A stretch of DNA of 64,000 nt from Octopus sinensis (GCF_006345805.1 NC_043002.1:85250001-85314000), one strand, 5' to 3'; counted from the stretch's first letter, positions 41,711 through 55,123 are shown. The notes: generated from the letters alone by a model not told the origin. Numbers and translations are program-made.

Positions 41711-41716
<6 letters not shown>
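41500..41716 (+). mobile_element. Penelope-like 3' end, second family, with hammerhead-like motif at 41575-41609
   Basis: GTTT-TTGACGA-A-GAGC(TCC)GCTC-GAAAC-GT-T-AAAC; downstream TGAGCG..AATA.TA segment resembles 4668-4690; ends at (TA)n. Confidence 0.65.
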
Positions 41717-41801
<85 letters not shown>

Positions 41802-41899
41802 TAAGGTCTATGTTATTCTGCATTTGCGTGTTCAAATCAAGGTGGAATCGAAATGTTTATCACAATGAAACAATGTCATAAGGGTCTATAAATTTGTTG

Positions 41900-42320
41900 G
41901 GATCTTTTCGGTTTGAACGGCAGTTTTTTCTAGCGGTGTCATATGAAATTGTCACCCATAATTATGACCCCAGAATCGATCTATTGCATTTCAATCTGTT
42001 TTAGGGTTAGGGTTAGGGGTGGGGGAAGGGTATCTTTTTTTCTTCACAAATGTAAATAAACCCAATCTGTTTCTTAAACGAGGGACATATTAATACGGCA
42101 CAGAATGTTTTTTTTACCTCAATAGACGTCAGTGATTGGTTGAAATTGCAGAAATTGAAGAAAAAACAAACAACAAATATTTTACAAACTGTAGAATTTT
42201 CTCAATAAAGACAAGAGAAAAAGATGTTTTATAAACACATTCTACCAGTATACGAAGTTTAAAATGTTTTTAGTTACCTAAAAATTATGTTAAAATCTGC
42301 CGTTCAAACCGAAAAGATCC
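41900..42320 (+). mobile_element. TTAGGG-containing MITE, copy 2
   Basis: Same TIRs and body; TSD degenerate. Confidence 0.93.
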
Positions 42321-42854
42321 AATTTATGCATGAAAAGATATGTCAGATAGTTAAATTAAAGTGAAATAACCTTAGCAAATAGCTGTGGATGTTACACTTA
42401 AATCTTTTGCCAGTGCCAGGCTACAAGCTGTGTCAATTGCTAAGGCATAGGCTTTCATTTTATTTTCATATATATATATATATATATTGTTACTAAGTTT
42501 AAATTCTCGTCGATATTATGAGAACAGACGAATACATAGATCGGCAGAAGGGAAAGTGGATATTCAAATACGCTGACTTACACTGTGAGTTTTCCACGGG
42601 TCCCGCTAGTTTATATTATATGAACACATGTTCTTGTTTTGTAGAGGATATGTAGAGTCAATTGAATCAACTACCGTACCGTACTGGTATTTTTATTTAT
42701 CACTCGCAACCACTCCACCGGAAAAATAGGAAGTAAACTGAAGTTAGTGGTTTTGATCCTAGAACAATCAGCTCCGTCTGTCTCATTTATGTTCCGCGGT
42801 TGAACTAATATACATATACATACACACAAACACAGACACACACAGACACACACA

Positions 42855-42950
<96 letters not shown>

Positions 42951-43100
42951 ACATTTAAAGAATAGATGTTATCTATTAGTTAAAAAGCAATGAACTTATT
43001 TCCTTGGCAGTGATTAATGAGGTACTTCGCTGAAGGCATCAAAGTTCCAAGCAGCGATATTGTACATACATACATACGTACGTATACATATGTATGTATG

Positions 43101-43152
<52 letters not shown>

Positions 43153-44158
43153 CAATGTTAAATATATCTGTTAATCCATGTTATAAGTATAAACTCGTAT
43201 GGTAATTCTTAAAACGGATTTGTCTATTAAATCATCCATTACAAATAGATCATTTTATTCTGTCTGAATAAACATTAAATATACATCTTTGCAAATGAGA
43301 CCATTAGATGTAGCAGAAATAGCCTAAGTTTACAGGATGTTACAGTCACGTAGCGCAATCTGTCTACATCGGAAACCCGCAGTTAATCAATAGCGTTCCT
43401 AAATTATATTTCTATAGCACAAACTGGGAATTGTAAAGTAATGTCTTCGACATATTTGGCATAATTTGCTGTGTACTATTAAAGCAAAGAGAGTGCACCA
43501 CTGGAAGAATTATCATTTCAGTAGAATTGGAAGAATCAGTTTCGCATACCACTACATTAAAAAACTGCAGCACATAACCGGCAATATCTTAAACTATAAA
43601 CATAAAGTGACACAGCTTGCTCTCGATATATCACAATACGAATTGAAACTAGTGTACCATCATGCAAGACTCCGTTTTGCTCTTTTACACTTGTTGCAGG
43701 CATTTCATACAGCTATGCTGGTGCAAACAACCAAATTACTGCAAAATTTATAGTTAAGTCGACGCTAATTTATTTTATGGCGAGAATTAAGGCATTTTGA
43801 TTATTCAAAATTACGTTTGAAGTCAAGAGAAAAAAAAGTTAACCGAATGATTAATTGTTAAGAAACAAAAAAAAGAGACAGGAGTGACAATCCTAAAATT
43901 TAAATTAAATTGTATTAATAAAAAATAGAATGTAGTGGAAAGCGGATGTGGTATTTGACAGCACAGTGTTGAGTACATATTTCAGTCTAATTAGATTTCA
44001 TTAACTAAATATAATTTTTATTAGTACTTCCACACAAGGCCGACTCCATGAAGTGCGGTGCTGAATTAGAAAACTGTTAGTGGAGCCCTCTATTCTACAA
44101 AAGCTGAAGATTGATGTTTTATGCTTCGTTTAGTACGTCCGTCTCAAGCGTCGAGGGC

Positions 44159-44503
44159 TTGAGACTCCACCGTTAGTCACAATGGTATATTAAAAATTGA
44201 AAACTCATGTGAAAGTTTTAATGCTTTATTACAAGTCAAGATAATTACTGACATATTGTTTGTGAATCGATCTTCTAAAAACAGTCTTTTCTGGTCTTTT
44301 TATCATTTAAATCATTTTAAAAAACTTTGATTTTGAAATGATTTTGAAAGAATTCTCAGATAAAAAGATCAGAAAAGACTGTTTTTAGAAAACCTATTAA
44401 CAAACAATATGTCAGTAATTATCTTGACTTGTAATAAAACATTAAAACTTTCATATGAGCTTTCAGTTTTTAATATAACATTGTGACTAACAGTGGAGCC
44501 TCA
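44159..44503. repeat. Foldback with ~145-bp imperfect arms
   Basis: 44159-44304 is the reverse complement of ~44359-44503 with scattered mismatches. Confidence 0.9.
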
Positions 44504-45110
44504 AAGAAAGGTCTTGAATTATCCTTCAACAGTCTGGCTTCTACTCCAGAGATATGACCAGCATGTTACAACCGTTGTCATAGCCTTGGCTATACTCTTT
44601 ACCAACTGTTTCTGATGTCCCTCTAAATGTTAAATTTCTCTCAGCAAGAAACTGCATTATTGTCACTAGCCATTTGAAAACTTGCTGCCAGTGCTTTGCA
44701 TGTTCATTGACGATTATTTCATGTTCTTTGTCAATGGTCTATCCACTACAAAGTCTTTGATGCAACTCTGAGAATCTCCATGTGGTTTACAAGTGGATCT
44801 TAGAACTTCCATGCTCACATAAACTTGAATTGAAGACTAGAATAGTCGTTGAATCCATTTGATGACAATGCAATGGTTGTGTTGTTGCTAAAAGCTTACA
44901 GCAAAACCAATAAATTCTATCGGCAGGAAGAGAGTATATAATCCAAGGTCTTTCGACGCATTTACCTTTTGGAAGTTTCCTCTTACAGTGAAATTTAGAA
45001 AAACACAATCTCCTTTCATTTCGTGGAAAGTTGTTCACCGGAATATTAGGAGAAACTTTCATTGTTAAATATCACTTAAATTTTGGATTATATCTGACTC
45101 GTGGATGAAG
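44504..45110 (-). pseudogene. hAT-family (ZMYM1-like, TTF zinc finger/DUF4371) transposase remnant
   Basis: FPRNERRLCFSKFHCKRKLPKGKCVERPWIIYS...IYWFCCKL and downstream HWQQVFKWLVTIMQFLAERNLTFRG. Confidence 0.8.
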
Positions 45111-47513
45111 CATGGCTGTGTGATGTTTGGTCGTGGTCTTCATCAGTGATACCTAGACTTACCGTTTTGGTATGGTCTTTTGGTACGTTAACATTGTCTT
45201 AACTTGATTCACAGCGGCATCATCGTTTTCTAAGTTGATACCAATTTCATCATTGTATTCATCAACTATAATTGGATTAATGGTTATGTTATCATTTTCT
45301 GAATACGTTGTCGCTTCATAGTTGGAGTGACAAGAAATTTCGTTACAGCACCTCTTCAGTGTTTCTTCTCAGCTGCCTTAGCCTTGACAAGTGCTCATTT
45401 CCGATTGTCACTCAAATCTTTTTGTGTATTGTTTCTATCGCTCCTTGTACTTGCCAAGATGTAAGGGCTTTTTCTGTTATATTTGTTTAGAAAAGGTAAA
45501 CGGCAACAATAAACTAAAATTACAAAACAAAATCATTTACAATAAAGACATCCTGGCTCTGGAAAAATAAATATGTGCGTATATGCATCCTATAATTAAA
45601 GCAAAATAGTTTTTTTTTTTTTATTTTTTACGGCCTGGGAGTAAGTAAAACACAGTTGCAAAAAAAAACAAGTTCTAGTAAATGTAAATACTCTCAATGA
45701 TAATGAAGTAAAAATTAGTTAATTTAATATGTGGATCTTGGATCTACTTATAACCCCCGCTTCTCTGTTATATGCAAATTTAAAACTCCAAGTTTTCAGT
45801 TTGATAAGCAAGGTAAATGGCGACGATAATTTGATATTAGAAAACAAATAAACAAACGACCAGCAAAAGACATTGAAACACACGTACACACACACAATAC
45901 ACACACGTACCCCCCCCCACACACACAAGTACAGATTAAATAGTTTCATTGTATTCGCAGTATTAAGACATTTTGTACAAACTGGACATTAAAAAATGTT
46001 ATTTGTGATACTAAAAACAAAAACGGAAATTTTAATTTTTTCTTACATTTATTATTTAATTAGTTACACCTTATTTTCTTAGAAAACGCTTTTACTAGCA
46101 TAATTTTTTTTATTAGTACCAAAAGAGAGTTTTTCAAAAATCATCGGACACAAAGCAAGCTGGGCGACCCTGATTATTTTTCACGCTATTACATCGAGTA
46201 TTTCACGTTATTACGACAAGTATCTTTATAAAAATTAATTTATATACATATTAATTAGCAAAATTATTAATAGATATATACGAAAAAAAACAATAAATAT
46301 ATACTTTTAAATAAAATAACTTGAGAGATACACTATTGGCAAATGCCTTGTGGTAATCGATGGCGTAACTTGCCCTTCGGTGTTTGTTGAGATAACTGAG
46401 CTAAGCTGATTATGGTGCCTTGCCTGTCAGACGTTGCCGGGCATTAATTTTGCTGAAAATAAATATTGAAGTCAAATAAGATGTTTTTCCAAAGTCATGG
46501 CGTAAATCCGCTGGTCATACGAAAAATTAGAAGAATTGTGTGGATATTTTTGCTTGACGCAGTCAAAAGGCGTAATTCCCCATAGCGTCCTCAGTTTGAA
46601 CGTGTGTTCGGGGCCCTTACTTGGCACGGGGCTTAATTTGAACAAATCTAATTGGCTTAAAACCGGCCCTCTTTGGCACTCTCTTTGTTTATGCATTAAC
46701 TCTCAGGCATTGTTTTCACTTCGTTTATAACCTCATCTTCTTTAACTTTCATTTGATGACGTTAACTTTCATTTGATGACAATTATTATGCGCAAATCCT
46801 GTTTTCTGATTGAATAAGAGCGATCAAACTTTAAAATCTAGCATCTTTCTAATTTTTTTCTAAAACAAATGAATTATAAACACAGATTGTGCGTGAAAAA
46901 GTAAATAAAGTACCAAATTTGAAAATTATCTCTTAATTTTAAATTTTGAAAATTTGTGATAGCATCAGAAAAGATCCCTCTCTCTCTCTTTCACATTTCG
47001 CTTTTCTCATGTAAACGACACCCAGTTTCCAGTTTACCAGTCTCTCTCATGCTCTGTATATAAGTGTGTGTGTGTGTGTATGTGTGCGTGTGTGCGTGTG
47101 TAAGGAATTTCATTATTGCAACAGTGATTTAAAAAAAGGTATATAAATAATTTATTTTAATAGCATACTTTTATGTTAGTAAATGTTTTCTCCCTCTCTG
47201 TCCCTCTCTCTCCATCCCTCTCCCTCTCCCCCCTCCCCCTCTCGTTCTCTCACATACTCACACGCAGACTCGCTCGATGACGGGGTGAGGGGATACGAAA
47301 TTTAAATTACAAATTTTTTTGTCGCTGTTGCTTACGTTACAGAAAATGTGTTTATGGGGAGAAAAATATTGAAAAACATCCAGTACACGGTAGAGGGAGA
47401 AAAAAACAAGTAAGGTGGTCATGGGTTGTTCTGGAAACAACAGCTAAATCTCCCTTAAATTACACACCTGTTCACCTGAAAATTATTTTAAAATTATTAA
47501 CAGATTATTAATA

Positions 47514-47903
47514 GGCGCAGGAGTGGCTGTGTGGTAAGTAGCTTGCTAACCAACCACATGGTTCCGGGTTCAGTCCCACTGCGTGGCATCTTGGGCAAGT
47601 GTCTTCTGCTATAGCCCCGGGCCGACCAATGCCTTGTGAGTGGATTTGGTAGACGGAAACTGAAAGAAGCATGTCGTATATATGTATATATATATATATG
47701 TATGTGTGTGTTTGTGTGTCTGTGTTTTTCCCCCTCGCATTGTTTGACAACCGATGGTAGTGTGTTTATGTCCCCGTCACCTAGCAGTTCGGCGAAAGAG
47801 ACCGATAGAATAAGTACTGGGCTTACAAAGAATAAGTCCCGGGGTCGATTTGCTCGACTAAAGGTGGTGCTCCAGCATGGCCGCAGTCAAATGACTGAAA
47901 CAA
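47514..47903 (+). mobile_element. SINE family B, full length
   Basis: Match to the family. Confidence 0.92.
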
Positions 47904-48744
47904 TAACTGAGTGGGAACAAATTGCAGATACGGACTGTCAGTATTTTAAAACTATGATTAAAAAATAAATAGATAAAATGGAAAAAGCCGAAACTTTAGG
48001 ATTTATAAAAAATTTTAAAAGATTTCAATATTGTTTTAAAATTATGTTTCATTTTCTGTTTGAAAAAAGAAAGGAAGTGAGAGTTGTGTTGGTGATCAGT
48101 GTTTCCAAAATTTTTTTCCTTTTTTTAAACTTTCAAGGCTTCCCTCATCGTTTTTAAGTGCGTATTGCTTCCCCACCAAAAGGCCAAAATCAGTACTGAG
48201 TTAGGGAGAGCGATTTGAAAACAATTCATAAATTTGCAAAAGATCTTTTGATACCGAAAAGGCACCTCCCGTTGCTTATAACTGGGTAGTGCAAATAAGA
48301 AAATAAAAAAATGTAGAGTTTATCAGGCTTTTAGATTGCTATATATATATATATATATATATCCGTTTAGTTTAGTTTGGGCAAAAACCTCGTCATGCGC
48401 GCTTAAAAGTTCCTAAGCTTCTTGTTGGTTATCACCTGTTAATTCTATCTCCCTAAGTATCAAATGGTATTGGTATTTATGCGGAACTCCTTTAATATTA
48501 AGGAGGAATTACAACCGTGTTTCGTGGTCTGCTACCACAATAGCTCCTTTATAGGATCCAGTTAGCTCAAGAGATCATCAGGAGGAACCACGCCCGGTTT
48601 CGGCCCCTACTCCTCTACCGAGGTGTCTTCAGCTCTGGTGTTGGGTGCATGTCTTCTTTCTTCTGTTCCCTGGCCTCTTCGATGTATCGTCAGCGAGTGT
48701 CAGCCGGTGACTGACTGTCTTGTCAAATTTCTCCTTTTAAATAC

Positions 48745-49084
48745 CTGCCTTTAGTCGAGCAAATCGATCCCAGGACTTATTCTTTGGAGACTTAGTACTT
48801 ATTCTATCGGTCTCTTTTGCCGAACCGTTAAGTTACGAGGACGTAATCACACAACCATCGGTTGACAAGCAATGATGGGGGGACAAACACAGACACACAA
48901 ACATAAATATATACATATATACGACGCGCTTCTTTCAGTTTCCGTCTGCCAAATCTACTCACATGGCTTTAGTCGGCCTGAGGCTATAGTAGAAGACACT
49001 TGCCCAAGGTGTAACGGAGTGGGACTGAACCCGGAACCATGTGGTTGGTAAACAAGCTACTTACCACACAGCCACTCCTGCGTC
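48745..49084 (-). mobile_element. SINE family B, 3'-truncated
   Basis: Reverse-complement match. Confidence 0.9.
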
Positions 49085-49638
49085 TATAAAATAGAAAAAA
49101 TGCTGAACAGCCTTAATTGATTTTCAAACCTTATTGGGTTCTCATCAAAGGTGTGAACATCATTATTCTATTTTACTTCAGAGATTTTTAACAAAAAACT
49201 TACAAATAAGTATTACTCATTAACATCCAGTCTAGTAATTATCCTTCAGAATTTAAATACAGATATAGTTAAATCAGGTATATTCCCCTTTAATTTCATT
49301 GTCGATTATGAACGATAATACTTTTCTTTTACTCACATTCTTTCCCTTTGTGCTCATCCATTTTATGTGCCTAGTTCGAAAGATTGTCAAAATATTATTT
49401 TAAAGTACAGTTTTTCCATTGTATTCTGCCTGAATCTTAATTTTACGTACAGAATATAAATCGAGGTGTATACGACGTTGTTATCTTTCATAAATATTTC
49501 TAGTTCAAGTTTGTGTTAAGGTCATCGAAGATTATCATCAGAGGAACAGCAACAGCTATTCTCATATCAAATATTGCCTTTGCAAACTAAAACAAACCCC
49601 AGGAAATACACACACACAAACACATACGCACACGCACG

Positions 49639-49672
<34 letters not shown>

Positions 49673-50035
49673 CACACACATGCACTCACAGACACGCAAC
49701 AAAAGCAACAACAACAATAACAACAACAACAACAACAACAGCAGCAAATTATCAATGAAGCTATTGATTGTATGCAAACGTTATCATCGCAGTTATAAAA
49801 GAGCTGGCAGCTATTGTTAATCGAAGTTCTCTCCGATTAAAGAGTTTATCAATGTACAGGTAAAAACGAAATATGCCATCTAAACAGTAAAGCTCACGAA
49901 ACCATTCATTGAACTATTCACAAAAGAACTGACAACCCATCGAATTCCATCAGTTCAATAAACAGTTTGACACGAATGAAATACATTTCTGTTTCTATGG
50001 CGACAAAGTATTACCAAGAATAGTCTTTGTTACTG

Positions 50036-50089
<54 letters not shown>

Positions 50090-50091
<2 letters not shown>

Positions 50092-50619
50092 GTGAGAGAG
50101 CAGTGCATGCCATCAAAGTGACACTGGGGTAAAATATACGAAGCCCAGTATACCCATCATGGCTACCCTCACAACATGCCTCACAACCATATGTGCGCGA
50201 CATGGTGATCTCATATCTAGATAAACAGCACATGACCTTGCAGGTGGGGCCCAGTTAGAATTTCTTCTGCTTGTGTAGCCTAACCAGCTCAAAAGGTCCC
50301 TGAATAAGGATTGTTTAAGGATGTTGAACGAAACACCCATGTTTCCAAAGGTGAATTATCCAAACCGCTAACAATTCATTTCAACACACGGCTATGATGC
50401 TCCCCCACTACTTCTGCTCGTGATCAGAGATGCACATATCGTCAGCCACTAAGGTACATGGTCAACTGGTTAAGGTCAAACAACTGACAAGCAAATCTGT
50501 GGTATTGAGCAGAATATCTGCTGTAGCCCATCTTTTATACCATGACAAATCATTGTACATGATAACACTTTCAATAAGTTAAGATCAAAAGCCATGAGAG
50601 CCACTGCCTGGTACTGCAT
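50090..50619 (-). mobile_element. TAA-associated non-coding element F, copy 1
   Basis: ~530-bp unit between plus-strand (TTA)n tracts, homologous to three other copies; strand inferred from the truncation pattern. Confidence 0.85.
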
Positions 50620-50667
50620 ATTATTATTATTATTATCATTATTATTATTGTTATTATAATTATTATT

Positions 50668-51215
50668 GAGTGAGCGAGCAGAGCATGCCATCAAAGTGAC
50701 ACTGGGGTAAAATATACGAAGCCCAGTATACCCATCATGACTACCCGTCTGATAAGGGTACACCAGGCACATGCATCACAACCATATGTGCGCTACATGG
50801 TGATCTCATATCAAGATAAACAGCACATGACCTTGCAGGTGGAGCCCAGTTAGAATTTTCTTCAGATCGAGTAACCCATCCCGCTCAAAAGGTCCCTGAA
50901 TAAGGGTTGTTTAAGGACGTTGAACAAAACACCCATGTTTCCAGAGGTGAATTATTCAAACTCCAAAGAATCCTTCTCAACACATGGCTATGATGCTCCC
51001 CAACTACTTCTGCTCGTGATCAGAGATGCACATATCGTCAGCCACTAAGGGACATGCTCAACTGGTTAAGGTCAAACAACTGACAAGCAAATCTGTGGTA
51101 TTGAGCAGAATATCTGCTGTAGCCCATCTTTTATACCATGACAAATCATTGTACATGATAACACTTTCAATAAGTTAAGATCAAAAGCCATGAGAGCCAC
51201 TGCCTGGTACTGCAT
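50668..51215 (-). mobile_element. Element F, copy 2
   Basis: As copy 1. Confidence 0.85.
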
Positions 51216-51231
51216 ATTATAATTATTATTA

Positions 51232-51306
<75 letters not shown>

Positions 51307-51326
51307 TAATTATCATTATTATTACT

Positions 51327-51772
51327 GAGTGAGAGAGCAGTGCATGCCGTCAAAGTGACACTGGAGTAAAATATACGAAGCCCAGTACTCATCTGATAAA
51401 GGTATATCAGGCACATGCCTCACAACCATATGTGCGCGATATGGTGATCTTATATTAAGATAAACAGCGCATGACCTTGCAGGTAGGGCTCAGTTAGAAT
51501 TTTCTTCAGGTCGAGTAGCCTATCCCACTTAAATGATCCCTGAATAAGGGTTGTTTAAGGATGTTGAACGAAACACCCATGTTCCCAAAGGTAAATTATC
51601 CAAACCCCAAAGAATTCCTTTCAATATATGGCTATGATGCTCCCCCACTACTTCTGCTCATGATCAGATATACGCATATCGTCAGCCACTAAGGGACATG
51701 CTCAACTGGTTAAGATCAAACTTCTGACGAGCAAATCTGTGGTATTGAACAGAATATTTGTTGTAGCCCATC

Positions 51773-51773
<1 letters not shown>
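51327..51773 (-). mobile_element. Element F, copy 3, truncated at the right end
   Basis: Stops at GCCCATCT and runs directly into (TTA)n. Confidence 0.85.
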
Positions 51774-51815
<42 letters not shown>

Positions 51816-52059
51816 TGTGTCTTGAGAAAGAGGATGTGTGCTCGTGACTCGCAAAATTTCTTTAAATATTTTTTTTATTATTCGTTATAGCCCTCTAAGG
51901 GTGAATTTTGAAATTTCAAATTTAGTATCTTCAAACAAAAATATCAAAATGGCTTCCCATATCGAGGGAAGCGATGGCTGTTGGAATAGCTACTATGGCA
52001 TTGTTTTCCAACCACTTGTCGACGTGGTCGAAAAACGAAGCAGTAGTAGCAGTAACAAT

Positions 52060-52094
<35 letters not shown>

Positions 52095-52107
52095 AACAAC
52101 TACTACT

Positions 52108-52164
<57 letters not shown>

Positions 52165-53190
52165 CTGCTACTGCTGCTGCTGCTACAGAAGAAGCAGCAG
52201 CGACGAGCAAAATACATTTAAAACTGACGCAAGCCTGACCCCCGCCATCACCACTACCACTACCGCTACCGCCGTCACCACTACCACAACCATTAATAAA
52301 ACGACAACAGCTACTCTTTTTTCTAAGCAGAATGGGAAACGGTTTAACACATGCTTGTTGGAAAATGCAATAAGTCAAATTGACACAAAAAATGTTGTGC
52401 GACGCTAAGCTGTATTTAACAAAGAATAGTAGAACAGTTTTCCCCAATATACCGGATGGAGTGAAAGAAACCACTAAAAAAACTCACTAATATATAAATG
52501 TATATCATTAAAGACGAGGGAACTAGAGCGAGCGATGCAGGCTCAGATCAAAAAATGCCGGAGACTAGCCCAGAGTTTAAAGAAAGTATGTCACCCGTGG
52601 GAGACGCTTTGGCACGGTTAAGTAAGATTCTCAACTGAAGAATTAGCCAAAGAAAATACCACAACAACCCTCAAAAGTGAGGACTTGTGGCTAATCCCGA
52701 CATACCTCGGTCGAAGTGTTGTCAAATAAAGGTAGCGGATGTGCCCCCAGAAGTGTACATCTCTTCGCTGGTGACAGCCGTATAATATGGCATAGAGGAC
52801 AAAATAAAAATTCTGCAAGTCCACAAAATAGGAAAGGGAAACTGGTCAGACACAGGCATGGGAATGTAGTTACACGCCGATCTAAAGGCTGTCGAAGCTA
52901 TCCCTGACCTAAACAATTTACCTAATGGGACAAAGTTTGGAAGACAGAAAACCGAGATGCCACAACTGTGACGAAACAAACCATTTAAAGGCTTGCTGCC
53001 CCATGCAAAGAAAAACCCTGCTGTTGCACCTCTAACAACAACAACAACACAACAACAACAACAGTGCCAAGAGCAGTAGCATCCAAAACTAAAAGAACAA
53101 CAGCATCGACAGAAAGAGCAGCAGGAGAAATATATTCAACATCAACAAGTACCGGTACCACACCTGAGAAAAAACTATAACAAACAACTA
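51816..53190 (+). pseudogene. L1/Tx1-type LINE 5' region and ORF1 (gag-like) remnant
   Basis: Decayed frame VRFSTEELAKE...LIPTYLGRSVV.IKVADVPPEV...IPDL..LPNG then zinc knuckle EDRKPRCHNCDETNHLKACC (C-X2-C-X4-H-X4-C, ~52940-53000); interrupted by trinucleotide repeats at 52041-52190. Confidence 0.7.
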
Positions 53191-53192
53191 CA

Positions 53193-53740
53193 TCATCCTG
53201 ATGGTAACCGCAATCCTCTGCAGGATGCTTTCTTCCCTCTTTTCATATTAAGCACTGAACATCTGGTGATCCCAAATTCCATACCGATGTCCCTACCACA
53301 CTTGTGGACTGTTTTGAGCAAGGAATCTATCTGTTTTTCAAGTTTCCCAAACAATTTCAGGTCATCCATAAACAGAAGATGGTTCAATGATGGGCCTTTT
53401 TTCCCACATCGGTAACCCACCTTAACTTTCCTAGGTGTCATTGTTATGGGTATTAGTGCAATTTTAAATAGTAACGGAGAAAACGAGTCACCTTGGAAGA
53501 TTCCCCTTTTAATATTAACTTCTCCAAGGAATACATTACTTGAGTACAATTTGGTTTTCCACTCTTTCATGCTATGCATCAGAAAATTTGTGATGTTGTT
53601 AGCAGCACCACACATCTGCAGGCATTCAACGATCCAAGAATGAGGCATCATATACCTTCTTAAAGTCAATCTAAGCTATAGACATGTTTGTGTGATGTTT
53701 TTTTACAATGCCTCAAAACTGTTCTGTCGGTGTCCCTTTC
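53193..53740 (-). pseudogene. R4/Dong-like reverse transcriptase fragment
   Basis: MPHSWIVECL...IKRGIFQGDSFSPLLF...LNHLLFMDDLKLFGK...GMEFGITRC, homologous to 17850-18200. Confidence 0.9.
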
Positions 53741-53771
<31 letters not shown>

Positions 53772-53810
53772 TAATAATAATAATATAATAATAATAATAT
53801 AATAATAATA

Positions 53811-53855
<45 letters not shown>

Positions 53856-54370
53856 GAGTGAGAGAGCAGCACATGCCATCAAAGTAACTCTGTATACCCA
53901 TCATGATTACTCGTCTGATAAGGGCATACCAGGCACATGCATCACAACCATGTGTGCAAAATGGTGGTCTCATATCAAGATAAACAACACACGACCTTGC
54001 AGGTGGGGCTCAGTTAGAATTTTCTTCAGGTTGAGTAACATATCCTGCTCAAAGGGCCTCTGAAGAAGGATAATGAACGAAACACCTATGTTCCCAGAGG
54101 GGAATTATTCAAACCCTAAAGAATTCCTCTCGATACATGATGCTCCCCCACCCACTACTCCTGCCTGTGATCAGACATGCACATATTGTCAGCCACTAAG
54201 AGACATACTCAATTGGTTAAGGTCAAACAACTGACAAAATAAATCTGTGTTATTGAACAGAATATTTGCTGTAGCCCATCTTTTTATACAAAGACAAAAC
54301 ATGTACATAAAAACACTTTCAATCAGTTAAGATCAGAAACTATGAGAGATAGTGCTTGGTATAGCATCAG
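53856..54370 (-). mobile_element. Element F, copy 4 (more diverged)
   Basis: Same left terminus GAGTGAGAGAGCAG next to (TTA)n. Confidence 0.85.
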
Positions 54371-54373
54371 TTT

Positions 54374-54404
<31 letters not shown>

Positions 54405-54405
54405 G

Positions 54406-54610
54406 AGGCGGCGAACTGGCAGAATCGTTAGCACGCCGGGTGAAATGCTTAGCAGTATTTAGTCTGCCTTTACGTTCAAATTTCACCAAGTTCGACTTTG
54501 CTTGTCATCTTTTCAGGGTTGATAAATTAAGTACCAGTTGCGTACTGGGGTGTATCTAATCGACTGACCATTTCCCCCAAAATTTCAGGCCTTCTGCCTA
54601 TAGTAGTAAT
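54406..54610 (+). mobile_element. SINE family A monomer
   Basis: Match to the family. Confidence 0.85.
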
Positions 54611-55123
54611 GATTGTTTTTATTATTTCTAGGTTTTTCTTTTAAAGACGGACATTTTCGCATTTTTATTTTATTATATCTTATTTTAATATATTCGTGTT
54701 TAAGAATGGAATATTAAACGATGGAAACTATAGAATGAGAGATGCCATCTTTGATTGAAAATTTTGACAACAAAATTATACAGATATTTGATATAATAGC
54801 TTCCAGAAGTTAAACAAAGTAATAGGGCCTGCAATGGAAGGGTGAAGTGAGAGAGTAATGTAGGATATTGTGAAATAAATGCTTGTGAACAGTCTCCAGA
54901 TGGCAGTGCAAGAACTACATAGTAATATTCTGACGACTTCATTTTGATTGTTGACTGATTTTTGAACGGTGTATTATCAGAATTGTTAGAACTTCGGACA
55001 ATATGTTCAGTAGTGCTTAGTTGTTGTCCTTTACAATTTGAGTACAAATCTTGACAAAGCTATTAGAGTTTTGCTTTTATCTTCCAGGTGTCGATAAAAT
55101 GACACACTAGAACTGGGACTGAT

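Noticed and set aside
44036-46172. CAAGGCCGACTC and GGGCGACCCTG as matching TIRs of a complete hAT element
   Set aside because: Weak complementarity and no 8-bp TSD
50037-51815. Repeat-spacer layout of (TTA)n and F units as a CRISPR-like array
   Set aside because: The long units are homologous to each other, the short ones are microsatellites, there are no cas genes and the DNA is eukaryotic
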